Part shown: positions 33,634 through 43,362 of the stretch, piece after piece
Layout of the letters: every line of letters starts with the position of its first letter
Numbering within the stretch: position 1 is the stretch's first letter
DNA from: an uncultured Gammaproteobacteria bacterium
GTDB taxonomy: Bacteria > Patescibacteriota > Patescibacteriia > Magasanikbacterales > UBA922
Assembly: GCA_964418775.1 (NCBI GenBank)
Contig: CAYQNA010000004.1
Coordinates: 14,230-78,229, forward strand
Direction: 5' to 3'
DNA length: 64,000 nt
The notes under the pieces: model-generated
The model's database searches: none
Told to the model about the DNA's origin: nothing
What the model saw: the letters and a program-made list of their open reading frames with translations, nothing else
Translations under genes and position numbers: made by a program

Positions 33634-34677
33634 ATGTTTTATCGCAATATTCTAAAACCAATTTTATTTCGCTTTGACCCGGAGGATGTTCATGATGCCT
33701 TTACGTGGTTCGGCGAACAGGCGGGGCGCTTTGCCTTAGCGCGCTGGTTAGTGTCGGTTGTGTATGGATATCGTGGCCCGAATATTGCCCGCACTGTCGA
33801 TGGTTTAACGTATCGCACCCCTCTTATTTTATCAGCCGGGTTTGATTATAATGCCCGTTTAACGCGTATTTTACCAGCCATTGGTTTTGGTGGGGTCGAG
33901 GTGGGTTCGGTGACAGCACGCCCCTGCGCTGGCAACCCCAAACCACGCTTAACACGTCTGCCGCAATCGCAAAGTATTCTGGTAAACAAAGGTTTACGCA
34001 ACGAGGGTGTTGACGCCATCATCGCGCGCCTGGCTCGCACACCCCGCGTGCCTGGATTTGTGATTGGTGTATCGATCGCGCGCACCAACGACGCCGCCTC
34101 AGCCACTGTGGCGGCTGGTGTAGCCGATTATTTGTACAGTTACCAGCGCCTCAACGAAACCAATACCGGCGACTACTACACCATTAACATTTCGTGCCCC
34201 AACGCGTTTGGCGGCGAAGCCTTTGCCACCCCAGAATTACTAGACAAATTGTTAATCGCTCTGCGCACGGTCCGCTCATCCAAACCGTTGTACTTAAAAA
34301 TGCCAATTTCGGTGCCATGGGAAACTATTGATCAGCTTATTGCGGTCGGCCTTAAACACCACATTAACGGCATTATTATTGGCAATTTACAAAAAGATTA
34401 CCAAACCCTTGCTGTACGCACCGAAGCCCCGGCCACATATTGCGGTGGTTTATCTGGCGCTCCAACTCGCGCGCGCTCAAATGAATATATCACTCTTGCT
34501 CACCAAAAATACGGCGACCACTTAACCATTATCGGCTGCGGTGGCATTTTTTCACCAGCCGATGCTCGCGCCAAATTGCAAGCGGGCGCCGGATTGTTGC
34601 AACTGGTCACGGGTTTAATTTTCCATGGACCCGGTATCCTCAAAAAAATTGCCGCTGATTTATCTCGTACCATCTAA
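33634..34677 (+). CDS. pyrD: Quinone-dependent (class 2) dihydroorotate dehydrogenase
   Basis: LFRFDPEDVH membrane-binding N-terminus, GSVT...GNPKPRL.RL, INISCPN, GGLSG, IIGCGGI. Confidence 0.93.
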   Translation: MFYRNILKPILFRFDPEDVHDAFTWFGEQAGRFALARWLVSVVYGYRGPNIARTVDGLTYRTPLILSAGFDYNARLTRILPAIGFGGVEVGSVTARPCAGNPKPRLTRLPQSQSILVNKGLRNEGVDAIIARLARTPRVPGFVIGVSIARTNDAASATVAAGVADYLYSYQRLNETNTGDYYTINISCPNAFGGEAFATPELLDKLLIALRTVRSSKPLYLKMPISVPWETIDQLIAVGLKHHINGIIIGNLQKDYQTLAVRTEAPATYCGGLSGAPTRARSNEYITLAHQKYGDHLTIIGCGGIFSPADARAKLQAGAGLLQLVTGLIFHGPGILKKIAADLSRTI

Positions 34678-34680
34678 TCG

Positions 34681-36138
34681 CTACAACGAACCGCGACACG
34701 CTGGTGAACTCGTAACAGTGGTCAAGAAAATATAATCTGTAGTAGTCGCTAGCACACACCCCGCAAATGGGGTGTGTTTTAATTCTGCCAGCGTGCTCGT
34801 TGTAACCCACCACCAAGGGTAGGTCTGCGGTTTCGCAATATAATGAGCCGACACACCCGCACTAACATTAAACAATTCCCACTGACGCACAGAATGCGTG
34901 TGCCAATACAGGGCCGGCAGCACACGGCCAAATGTCCAACTGCGCACACCATACACAATGAGTGGCTGATTTGGTCCAATAAACGCTTCGGCTTTGTGCA
35001 CAATTGTTTCCACTTGTCGGTCACTGTATACAAAATAGGTGTACACCACATTGGTTCGCGACAAACCAAACACGAGCAAAATTGCACCCAAAAAACCTAG
35101 CAATTTGGGAGACAAATACTCATTTTCCCACACTTGATACACCAACCAACCCATGGCCGCAAACAGCGCCGGAATAGCCGGCACCGCATACCAACTTAAC
35201 TTTGTGCTCAACAAATACGGCGGCACAACCGTGATAATTACCCACGCTGCCCACTCCCAATTTTTCGGATAGCGCGTGGACAAAATGACCCACACCGCAC
35301 TCAGGAATAAAATCGCAGCATACCCACTCCCCAATTGATTTTTGAAAAAGTCTGAATAAAACCACAGTCCTCCACCATGCCCATCAACCTCGCCAGTAAT
35401 GCGCTCCAAAAATTGCTCGCGCCAATACACACGCACATAATCAGTCGGATTACTGTGGTATTGCACCCCATGCCAAGCCAACCAGGGCACAATTGCGAGT
35501 GCGATTGCGCCAATAAAACTAAGGACGCGACGAGTATCTTTATTTTGCCAAAAATGAATTGTTTCACCAATCACTAAAAATCCCAAAAATGGTAAAGCCC
35601 AAACCCCGCGCGTCATTAGGAACGCACCAAACAACGCCACCGCTGGCCACACGCGCTTGGGCCAGCGAATATAAGCCGCTGGAATCGCCACGCTAAAAAA
35701 CAATGTTAATGCCTCTAAATCCGCGGTCCCGAGCATGTGGCGATACCACAACAGTGGCGCGCTCCACATGAGCACGGAAACAGTTACCGCAATGATGCGC
35801 GGCAGACGCGTGCGGAGTAACCAATAAAAAATTGGCGCCGTTGCCACAGTGGCAAGGAGCGCGGGCAAACGGAGCGCCCACAAATTCCAACCAAACACTT
35901 TAATTGCACTGGCCATTAACCAAAACCCCAGCGGCTCTTTATCAAACCAGGGCGCGCCCTGCAACACCAAATGCAACCAATTGCCCGAACGCGCAATCTC
36001 GCCCGCAATATTGGCATACAGCCCCTCGTCCCAATCAGCCAAAGGCCGCACAGCCGCAAATAGCACAAAACACAGGCCAGTCACGCCGGCCAAAAGCCCA
36101 CTCACCCACTGGTCAATTTTTGCCCACGGCTCACGCAT
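34681..36138 (-). CDS. ArnT/PMT family (GT-C) glycosyltransferase
   Basis: DWDEGLYANIAGEI, WFDKEPLGFW, LRLPA; multiple TM segments. Confidence 0.88.
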   Translation of the reverse strand: MREPWAKIDQWVSGLLAGVTGLCFVLFAAVRPLADWDEGLYANIAGEIARSGNWLHLVLQGAPWFDKEPLGFWLMASAIKVFGWNLWALRLPALLATVATAPIFYWLLRTRLPRIIAVTVSVLMWSAPLLWYRHMLGTADLEALTLFFSVAIPAAYIRWPKRVWPAVALFGAFLMTRGVWALPFLGFLVIGETIHFWQNKDTRRVLSFIGAIALAIVPWLAWHGVQYHSNPTDYVRVYWREQFLERITGEVDGHGGGLWFYSDFFKNQLGSGYAAILFLSAVWVILSTRYPKNWEWAAWVIITVVPPYLLSTKLSWYAVPAIPALFAAMGWLVYQVWENEYLSPKLLGFLGAILLVFGLSRTNVVYTYFVYSDRQVETIVHKAEAFIGPNQPLIVYGVRSWTFGRVLPALYWHTHSVRQWELFNVSAGVSAHYIAKPQTYPWWWVTTSTLAELKHTPFAGCVLATTTDYIFLTTVTSSPACRGSL

Positions 36139-36208
36139 AATTGCCTGTATTATGGAGCTTTTTTAGCCTCTGGTCAAACTCGAACCAGTCTGGTAGAGTG
36201 AAGGCACT

Positions 36209-36694
36209 ATGGAAATACTTTCAATCGTAAACGATAAAGATGAGGTTATTGGGGAAGCTGCACGGCCCGATATTTATGCTGGAAATCATCTACACCGAAT
36301 TGCGCACGTATTGGTTTTTAATGACCAAGGCGAAATGGCTTTGCAAAAACGCAGTGCTAATTTGAGATTTTGTCCTGACCACTGGTCCACAGCGGTTGGT
36401 GGTCATGTACTAGCAGGTGAAACATATGAAAATGCCGCTGCTCGTGAATTTCAAGAAGAGCTTGGCGTCTCTGCTCCCCTAGAGTTCTTAGCTAAAGATT
36501 TTTACCAACCCGAAGGTAGTATTCACAAATTCATGACCACGTTTACGGCCACATTTAACGGTCCATTTAACCCTGACCCAAACGAAGTAAGTGAAGTGGA
36601 TTTTTTCCCAATTGCCGAAATCAAGGCCAAAGTTGATCGGGGCGAAAAATTCCACCCTGAATTATTATATTTGTTAAAAAAATATTATTTCTAA
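36209..36694 (+). CDS. NUDIX hydrolase (Idi/YfcD-like)
   Basis: GGHVLAGETYENAAAREFQEELGV Nudix box. Confidence 0.9.
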   Translation: MEILSIVNDKDEVIGEAARPDIYAGNHLHRIAHVLVFNDQGEMALQKRSANLRFCPDHWSTAVGGHVLAGETYENAAAREFQEELGVSAPLEFLAKDFYQPEGSIHKFMTTFTATFNGPFNPDPNEVSEVDFFPIAEIKAKVDRGEKFHPELLYLLKKYYF

Positions 36695-36695
36695 T

Positions 36696-37118
36696 ATGCC
36701 AGCAGCCAAAGGACACAAAGTAAAAGTACATTACACCGGCACTCTTAGTGACGGGACTCAATTCGACAGTTCAGTAGGTCGCGAACCACTGGAATTTACG
36801 GTTGGTAGCGGCCAAGTAATTGCTGGTTTTGATGCGGCGGTTATTGATTTGGAGCCAGGTCAGAGTCGCACGGTCAATATTCCGGCTGACCAAGCCTATG
36901 GTCCGGTGCGCACCGAATTAGTCATGAAAGTACCACGTACCAAATTGCCACCAGACATGCAGGTTACGGTTGGTCAGGAATTATATTTGCCACAGGGTGC
37001 AAGTTTTGTGCCTGTAACTGTGGCCGCGCTTGATGACGAAACTGTGACAATTGACGCCAATCACCGCTTGGCTGGCAAAGATTTAACATTTGTGATCGAA
37101 CTCGTGGAAATTCTTTAA
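36696..37118 (+). CDS. FKBP-type peptidyl-prolyl isomerase (SlyD/FkpB-like)
   Basis: VHYTGTLSDGTQFDSS, AYG, IDANHRLAGKDLTF. Confidence 0.93.
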   Translation: MPAAKGHKVKVHYTGTLSDGTQFDSSVGREPLEFTVGSGQVIAGFDAAVIDLEPGQSRTVNIPADQAYGPVRTELVMKVPRTKLPPDMQVTVGQELYLPQGASFVPVTVAALDDETVTIDANHRLAGKDLTFVIELVEIL

Positions 37119-37765
37119 CCACGTGCCAATGTTAGACCATGTACGAGCGCACCCGCATCAGCCATCACTTTCGCGGCCGCCTGCATCGTACTACCCGTAG
37201 TATACACATCGTCAATTAACCAAACATTCCGGTCCTTAACCAGGGCCGGTTTTTTTATTACAAACGCCTTGTCCATATTTTTCAAACGTCCCGCGCGGTC
37301 CAATTTTGCTTGTTGTTTGGTGGCGCGCTTGCGCACAATCATATCTTCGCGGAGCGGCACACCAAATCCAGCCGCCACGGCAAACGCAATCACGGCCGCC
37401 TGATTAAACCCACGCTCGGCCAAACGTCGTCGATGCAATGGAATCGGAATTACCAAATCCGGTCGCGCAATTGGTGTGTTTTGTGCACACCACCGATATA
37501 CGAGCCGCTGCACTGCGCCAGCCGCGGCGGCCGCATATTGATATTTTAAATGCTCAATTAATTTGCCAACCCCACTATCAGTTTCATATTTGGCGAGCGA
37601 ACGCACCGCACTCAAACCACTCGTATTCACTTCTAAAAACAAGCCTGGCACAGCAATTTTCGTCTCGCATTCTGTGCACAACAGCGCGCCCTCCTGCTCG
37701 CAAACCAAACAAAACTGTGGGAACACCGCGTCCCACAGCCAATTTGTAATTCCCCCCTTTAGCAT
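37115..37765 (-). CDS. comF: ComF family competence protein
   Basis: FPQFCLVC...LCTEC zinc finger, PIPLH.RRL.ERGFNQ, LIDDVYTTGST PRTase motif. Confidence 0.93.
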   Translation of the reverse strand: MLKGGITNWLWDAVFPQFCLVCEQEGALLCTECETKIAVPGLFLEVNTSGLSAVRSLAKYETDSGVGKLIEHLKYQYAAAAAGAVQRLVYRWCAQNTPIARPDLVIPIPLHRRRLAERGFNQAAVIAFAVAAGFGVPLREDMIVRKRATKQQAKLDRAGRLKNMDKAFVIKKPALVKDRNVWLIDDVYTTGSTMQAAAKVMADAGALVHGLTLARG

Positions 37766-37768
37766 AGT

Positions 37769-38350
37769 TTAGTCCCAGTAAAACGCATTAACTTTCCATG
37801 TGCCGCCAACTTTTACCAATTCCACACGACCCGTGCGTTGACGTAATAGGTCTGCTTGCCCTGCCTGACTAATTGTTTCTTGCACGCCCACATTTACAGT
37901 CGCGGCATCGGCCTCGCGCTTGGCGAGCGTAGTACTAAGTACACTAGCCGTCACACCTTGGTATGTGCTACTAGCCGTTAGACCCTGGCGCGACACCCAC
38001 TCCATCAAACTCAGCGTACTGATTGGCTCGACATCACTTAAGTTACGATTACCATTTTGGTTTGAATAAGTGGCAAAACGTTCCACAAAAATGCTGGCTA
38101 ACTGACGTACATAGCGCTCTTCGGCATTCTCATCTTTTGGTTCAGTGATTGGAACATCGCCAAAGCGTGGTACTTCGTCGGACAGGGCTGGTGGTGTTAC
38201 CGGCACATCGAACGTACTCGACGGTGTCTCTGTATTAATTGGTGTAATTGGTTTAGCGCGGCGGCTCCACCATACTCCAAAAATAATTAACGCAATCACG
38301 AGCGCAATCGCGCTAATAATTAAGGCCAACCGTTGACGTAAAGTAAGCAT
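37769..38350 (-). CDS. Bitopic membrane protein, VirB8/NTF2-like candidate
   Basis: N-terminal TM, Pro/Thr linker, FVERFATYSNQ, C-terminal LVKVGGTWKV; within the T4SS-like operon. Confidence 0.55.
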   Translation of the reverse strand: MLTLRQRLALIISAIALVIALIIFGVWWSRRAKPITPINTETPSSTFDVPVTPPALSDEVPRFGDVPITEPKDENAEERYVRQLASIFVERFATYSNQNGNRNLSDVEPISTLSLMEWVSRQGLTASSTYQGVTASVLSTTLAKREADAATVNVGVQETISQAGQADLLRQRTGRVELVKVGGTWKVNAFYWD

Positions 38351-38361
38351 ACAAAAAATGA

Positions 38362-40233
38362 TTAACTGCGACCCTGCGGACGATTTTGCATTTGTGCTTC
38401 GTATTCGCGCTTAGCTTTTTCCATTTGCAAAAGCTGCTTCGGGTCAGACGTAATTAGTTGATCTTCGGTGTACGACGCGACAATTTTAATCGCCGCGTGT
38501 TTATTGCCGGCAAAGAAAATCCCCTCACCCACCGCACTCTCGAGGAGCAGGTATTTTTCACCTTCGGTCAACATAAACACGCGCTGGATCATATCCACCG
38601 CGGCTGGAGATTGACGGAGCAGTAACTGCAACGACGAGTTGGTCACAATTGCTTGACCATATTGCGAGCGCAAAAAGTCGTTCACGTCTTGCGTAATCGT
38701 AGTCACGCCCAAATAATATTTGCGACACCGTTTTACCAGCGCGTAAATAAACTTGGCACTGTCTTCGTGCGTCATGAGCCACCAGGCTTCGTCAATCACG
38801 AGCACACGTTTTTTTTGCTCGGACCGCACAATATTCCAAATGTGGTTGATGAGCGAGTAAATTGCCATTGGACGCAGTTCGTCTTCCAAATCGCGCACAC
38901 TAAAAATCACGAGTTGATTTTTTACATTTACGTTGGTTGGTGAATTGAACAAGCCCGCAAACGTACCCTCGGTATACTTACGCAACTTCAACACCAATTG
39001 TTCGGCACCTTCCATGCCTTCCAAAATATCAAGTAAATCCTGCATGATTGGCGGCTCAACCGTGGCCAAGTCAGACAGTGGTGTAATATCTTTTTTCGCA
39101 TACGTTTCCAGGAGCGCACGGTCCAAAATCGAATCTTCTTGTGGTGTAATTGCCCCAAACATAATCCGCAGCATACCCTTGATCGTAATAACTGCACTGC
39201 GAATAATATCCTCGGTCGAAATTTGCTGACCAACTGGCCGCGGCAAATCAAACGGATTGACCTTACTTTCGCTGGCGAGCGAAATGTTCACATAGGTACC
39301 ACCTACCGCTTCGCACAAATGCACGTATTCCATTTCCGGGTCAATGACAATAATTTCTGCACCCATCATTAAACTGCGGAGCACCTCAAGCTTCACCGCA
39401 TATGACTTACCCGCACCAGATGTCGCGAACACCACCATGTTTGCATTCTGGAGCGAGAAACGATCAAACAAAATCAAACTATTATTATGGCGATTAATGC
39501 CATACAAAATCCCATCATCACTGGTAAGTTCGGACGAAATAAATGGGAATGATGACGCAATCGGTGACGAGTTCATGTTGAACGTAATCGCGAGTTCATC
39601 AATACCCAGCGGCAGCGTGGACGTAAAACCCTGCTCAGCTTGATACAAAACGTTTTTACTATAAATCAACCGCGCCCCAAACAAATTTTCAATTTCTTCA
39701 GTCAGTTTTTCCAATTCTTTTTTGTCCTGACTATACATGGTTACGTAAAACGCAAATTGGAAAAAATGCTCCACACCTTGCGTCAAGTCATCGCGCAATT
39801 GTTCAATATCGCGGAGCGCCGTTTCGCGCAGCGGGTCGCGTGGCGCACCTTTTTCCGCATCGGCCGAAAGCTGCGCCTGCAGTGCACCCACTTTTTTCTT
39901 CAGCTGTTTCAAAATAATCGCCGACTTCACCGGATAAAAGAACATGCTAATATCCATGGTGTAGTTGAGGTTCAAAATTGGCGCACTCCAACCAACCGCA
40001 ATGTAGCGCGGATATGTGACTACAAACGTGGTGCGTAAATACGTGGTGCCCAACTGGATAAAGCTCGATTCCACTGAAAACGCAGATGGCGCAATCAAGT
40101 CGCGAATTGCCACCGTACCCTCGCGATAGACTTTTTCCTCTTGTACGGTCGCGAGTTCGGATGCTAATTCAGGCCCATTTTTATTGGGCTTCATGACCTT
40201 GCGACTGTTGGGTTGAATGGGCTTGAATGGCAT
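38362..40233 (-). CDS. VirB4/TraC-like ATPase
   Basis: Walker A ATSGAGKS, IDPEMEY, Walker B VIDEAW, RKYYLG.TTITQ. Confidence 0.92.
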   Translation of the reverse strand: MPFKPIQPNSRKVMKPNKNGPELASELATVQEEKVYREGTVAIRDLIAPSAFSVESSFIQLGTTYLRTTFVVTYPRYIAVGWSAPILNLNYTMDISMFFYPVKSAIILKQLKKKVGALQAQLSADAEKGAPRDPLRETALRDIEQLRDDLTQGVEHFFQFAFYVTMYSQDKKELEKLTEEIENLFGARLIYSKNVLYQAEQGFTSTLPLGIDELAITFNMNSSPIASSFPFISSELTSDDGILYGINRHNNSLILFDRFSLQNANMVVFATSGAGKSYAVKLEVLRSLMMGAEIIVIDPEMEYVHLCEAVGGTYVNISLASESKVNPFDLPRPVGQQISTEDIIRSAVITIKGMLRIMFGAITPQEDSILDRALLETYAKKDITPLSDLATVEPPIMQDLLDILEGMEGAEQLVLKLRKYTEGTFAGLFNSPTNVNVKNQLVIFSVRDLEDELRPMAIYSLINHIWNIVRSEQKKRVLVIDEAWWLMTHEDSAKFIYALVKRCRKYYLGVTTITQDVNDFLRSQYGQAIVTNSSLQLLLRQSPAAVDMIQRVFMLTEGEKYLLLESAVGEGIFFAGNKHAAIKIVASYTEDQLITSDPKQLLQMEKAKREYEAQMQNRPQGRS

Positions 40234-40234
40234 A

Positions 40235-40927
40235 CTAAACGTTTTCGATTTGGATATCTTGCACATTGCCCAAGGTTTCGGCAAACGCAATGTCTGGATT
40301 ATAAGTCGCGTAATACAATTCGATCAGCGCCTGCGTGTCCAGTTCAACTGGGGTTAGGCCAATGCTACTCAGACCGCCCATAATTTGCCGCACACGCGAC
40401 TGCAGTTCGCCACGGCGGGCCTGAAAACGCTCGTCCTTTAACCGCACACTACTGGCCGGACGCAACACTTCTTTAAACCGCGACCAAAAACTTTTACTTT
40501 TGTTCGACAGTGGGTCATACGGAATCACCACATAATACCGCTTGGTCATAATTTGCCCGATTTCCACTAATTCTTCCACAAAAGCCCGATAATCCGCAGT
40601 TTGTACGCGCAGCAATTCATTGGTTTGTTCTTTTTCCAAAAGACGCATTTTTTCCAAATACGGTTTAATTTGTAATTTGCGCGACTGCACGACAACCTGA
40701 ATCGGGTAATCAATTGCATTTAAAAAACTGACGTACGATGAGATAATCGCGTTCTGTTCATCTTCGGATTTAAGCGCAAAATTCAAACTCGACACGAGCA
40801 AAACAGAACGCAGTGTGCCGTCTTTTAAAATCACAACCCCATCACGAATTTCCGCAATTGGCAAATTCGCCTGCGTGGGCGGGCGGGTGTTCTTTTTCTT
40901 TTTTTTCATTTCTTGTTTGTCAGCCAT
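40235..40927 (-). CDS. VirB4 N-terminal-like (TraC-like) protein
   Basis: IRDGVVILKDG.LR.VL.V.SLNFALKSEDEQ; between PrgI and the ATPase. Confidence 0.75.
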   Translation of the reverse strand: MADKQEMKKKKKNTRPPTQANLPIAEIRDGVVILKDGTLRSVLLVSSLNFALKSEDEQNAIISSYVSFLNAIDYPIQVVVQSRKLQIKPYLEKMRLLEKEQTNELLRVQTADYRAFVEELVEIGQIMTKRYYVVIPYDPLSNKSKSFWSRFKEVLRPASSVRLKDERFQARRGELQSRVRQIMGGLSSIGLTPVELDTQALIELYYATYNPDIAFAETLGNVQDIQIENV

Positions 40928-40929
40928 AT

Positions 40930-41364
40930 TTAGATATGGTCATCGGGCCGATAAAAACCACCTGTGTTTGCCAGTAACGCCAGATCGCGAATGCGTTCAC
41001 GTTTGGCTGGCACGGTTTTGGTTACCTCCACAAACTCAACCTCCGTCCCCTCTTTGCGCAAATATTCCAGCTCAGCATCAGTGTAATACTTGCCCCACAC
41101 ACGTAAACTCGGGCGACGCATGGTCTGGAAAATGTTGAGCAAAAAGTAATGAAATGTTTGGCCATTCACTTTTACAAACGCGAGCACAAGCGCGCCACCG
41201 CCAACGAGCGCGAGAATTAAAATAAATAAAGCCATGTCGCCAAACCGAAACGCCAGGAACACAATAATCCCGGCCGTAAGCAAAATTAAAAATTGGCGGG
41301 TCGTGATTGGCCCAAAAATTTTGTCTTCCACCTCGATAAATTGTGGCACGACAAATTGTTGCAT
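40930..41364 (-). CDS. PrgI family (VirB3-like) membrane protein
   Basis: QFVVPQFIEVEDKIFGPITTRQF followed by two TM segments. Confidence 0.88.
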   Translation of the reverse strand: MQQFVVPQFIEVEDKIFGPITTRQFLILLTAGIIVFLAFRFGDMALFILILALVGGGALVLAFVKVNGQTFHYFLLNIFQTMRRPSLRVWGKYYTDAELEYLRKEGTEVEFVEVTKTVPAKRERIRDLALLANTGGFYRPDDHI

Positions 41365-41365
41365 A

Positions 41366-42403
41366 TTACAGCATGATTTCGCGATTAGCCGCATTGATTG
41401 CCAACCATTCGTCCACAGTCATAACTCCAGTTTCACTGACAATTTCGGCCACGGCACGTTTTTCGTTCACAGCACGCACTGCAATTTGCAAATATTGTTG
41501 CAACAACGGACTTTGTTGCCACGCATTCACCGCGTCCATGTAAAGCAAAAATGATTCACCGCGCCAACCATTAAATTTGGCCAGAAACGCGGCCTCGGCG
41601 GCGCTAGTTTGCGCTCCCAAACGACGCCAGTCAGTAATTGTAAAACTTTGCATTTCCTCGGCCGGACCAGTGAGCGGGGTGGCGGCCACCCGAATGTCCT
41701 GGACCACGCGCGGTGAAACCGGCGACATGGTTGGTGGCTCTGGTACAACCACAGGAGCCGGTGTGGGCTCAATTTTAGGCATTACTGGGGTATTAAAACG
41801 CAATGGCCGTGGTGGCTGCTCCGAGAGTGAGTCAGTAAACGCCTGGCTCGCAGGGGCACTCAGAGGCACTTCCAGGGCAGGCTTGACTGCCGGACGTTCG
41901 GCCACTGGTGCTGGCGCATCGTTTTTCCTGAACTTTCCCATGACCATCAACACCCCTGCCGCCACCTCGGTTTCCAAACCCAAACCACCTTTGGCTGCTG
42001 GTGCCGTGGCATAGTGCAAAAATTGCTCATTGTCGCGCACGCCTTTTAACCATGAGGCAATGAGCGACTGCGCTCGCCCCCACAAATCATTCGCCACCAT
42101 CAATTTACTGTCGCGCACAATCTGACGCACCACATCGTCCGTAATCGCTGGCGGTGCTTGCATAATTTCCGCACTCCGCACTTCGGTCGGCGCAATTGTT
42201 TCTTCGAGCAGCGGTGTTTCGCGCGCAGCCACAATTTCACTGTTCGGATCCAGTTTTACTGGTGGCAAAACCGTTGGCTTCATTGGTTCAACATCAATCT
42301 TTGGTTCAGTTGGTGCCGCGTGCATCTTTTTGAACTCAGACAAAGGGACGCGCACTGTAGTGCCGTCCGGTTTTTTGACTGAGATCATTGGTTCTGCAGC
42401 CAT
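41366..42403 (-). CDS. Hypothetical Pro-rich protein of the T4SS-like cluster
   Basis: Tightly coupled ORF; GGLGL and GPAEEM...DWRRL...ES motifs. Confidence 0.65.
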   Translation of the reverse strand: MAAEPMISVKKPDGTTVRVPLSEFKKMHAAPTEPKIDVEPMKPTVLPPVKLDPNSEIVAARETPLLEETIAPTEVRSAEIMQAPPAITDDVVRQIVRDSKLMVANDLWGRAQSLIASWLKGVRDNEQFLHYATAPAAKGGLGLETEVAAGVLMVMGKFRKNDAPAPVAERPAVKPALEVPLSAPASQAFTDSLSEQPPRPLRFNTPVMPKIEPTPAPVVVPEPPTMSPVSPRVVQDIRVAATPLTGPAEEMQSFTITDWRRLGAQTSAAEAAFLAKFNGWRGESFLLYMDAVNAWQQSPLLQQYLQIAVRAVNEKRAVAEIVSETGVMTVDEWLAINAANREIML

Positions 42404-42404
42404 A

Positions 42405-43349
42405 TTAAGTTAATAAAGCCTCGTTCCACTGGAATTTTCCTGTGCCTTCGTCAAAATAATACAATTCGCGAATCTGGTCATCGCCCTGATCAGTCGCGAG
42501 CGAATCCAAGAGCGCCAACACCCCATCCAAATTCGTAAATTCCCCACTCACATCACGCGTAAACCGCGCTTCAATCATGTTTTTAATGTCTGCGTAATTT
42601 ACTTGAGCAGCCTGAGGTTGCTCCACAACAGTTTTTGCAATTTCTTCTTTTTCTGTGGACAGGGGCTTTTCAGCGTACCGCTCGGGATTCATAAAACCAT
42701 CAACCACAAACCAAACATCTTTTGGTTCCACGCCCAAGAAAAAATTTACCAAACCCGCAAAGCGATCAAAAAAAACTTCTGGGGTTACCAGCCAATAGGC
42801 CTCTGTTCCTGGTTCAATCTCGGTAAAAGCAGGCTTAATCTTAGAAAATAGTTCAGCTGATCGAAGTGAGTCGGTATTCTCTTTGTTAATAATACGCAGG
42901 TCACTGATTGATTGAAGAACAGTCACAGGACTCTGTTTAACTAGACTAATCGTAGCTGTTGAGGCAAAAAATGATTCTTGAATTTTTGAATAGGCAGACT
43001 CAATCGCTTGAGGATCTACCAAACTATTTAGGTATAATACCAATTCCTGCCAGACATCAAAATCCAGACGCAATGCCGTGGGAATTTGTCGGCCAAAGGC
43101 TATTCCAGCAACATCTTCAAGAGAGAGCTGATTCAGACGACGCCAGGTCAAATCCGTATACCAACGAAAGTACGACCAGCGATATTGCCAATCTACACCC
43201 GGTTCTGCTTTTGCAAAAAAAGCATGCCACACTTTCCAGGCTTCGGTCCGATTATCTGGGTCAGGTAAAATTTCAGATTCATACCAAACTTGAGCCGTGG
43301 CTAAGTTACCGGAGTCTAAAGTTTGTATTTCTAAAAATTGAGTATTCAT
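42405..43349 (-). CDS. Hypothetical protein
   Basis: 314-aa ORF in the same operon, 1 nt from the next gene. Confidence 0.65.
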   Translation of the reverse strand: MNTQFLEIQTLDSGNLATAQVWYESEILPDPDNRTEAWKVWHAFFAKAEPGVDWQYRWSYFRWYTDLTWRRLNQLSLEDVAGIAFGRQIPTALRLDFDVWQELVLYLNSLVDPQAIESAYSKIQESFFASTATISLVKQSPVTVLQSISDLRIINKENTDSLRSAELFSKIKPAFTEIEPGTEAYWLVTPEVFFDRFAGLVNFFLGVEPKDVWFVVDGFMNPERYAEKPLSTEKEEIAKTVVEQPQAAQVNYADIKNMIEARFTRDVSGEFTNLDGVLALLDSLATDQGDDQIRELYYFDEGTGKFQWNEALLT

Positions 43350-43362
43350 AGACTAGAAGGTG

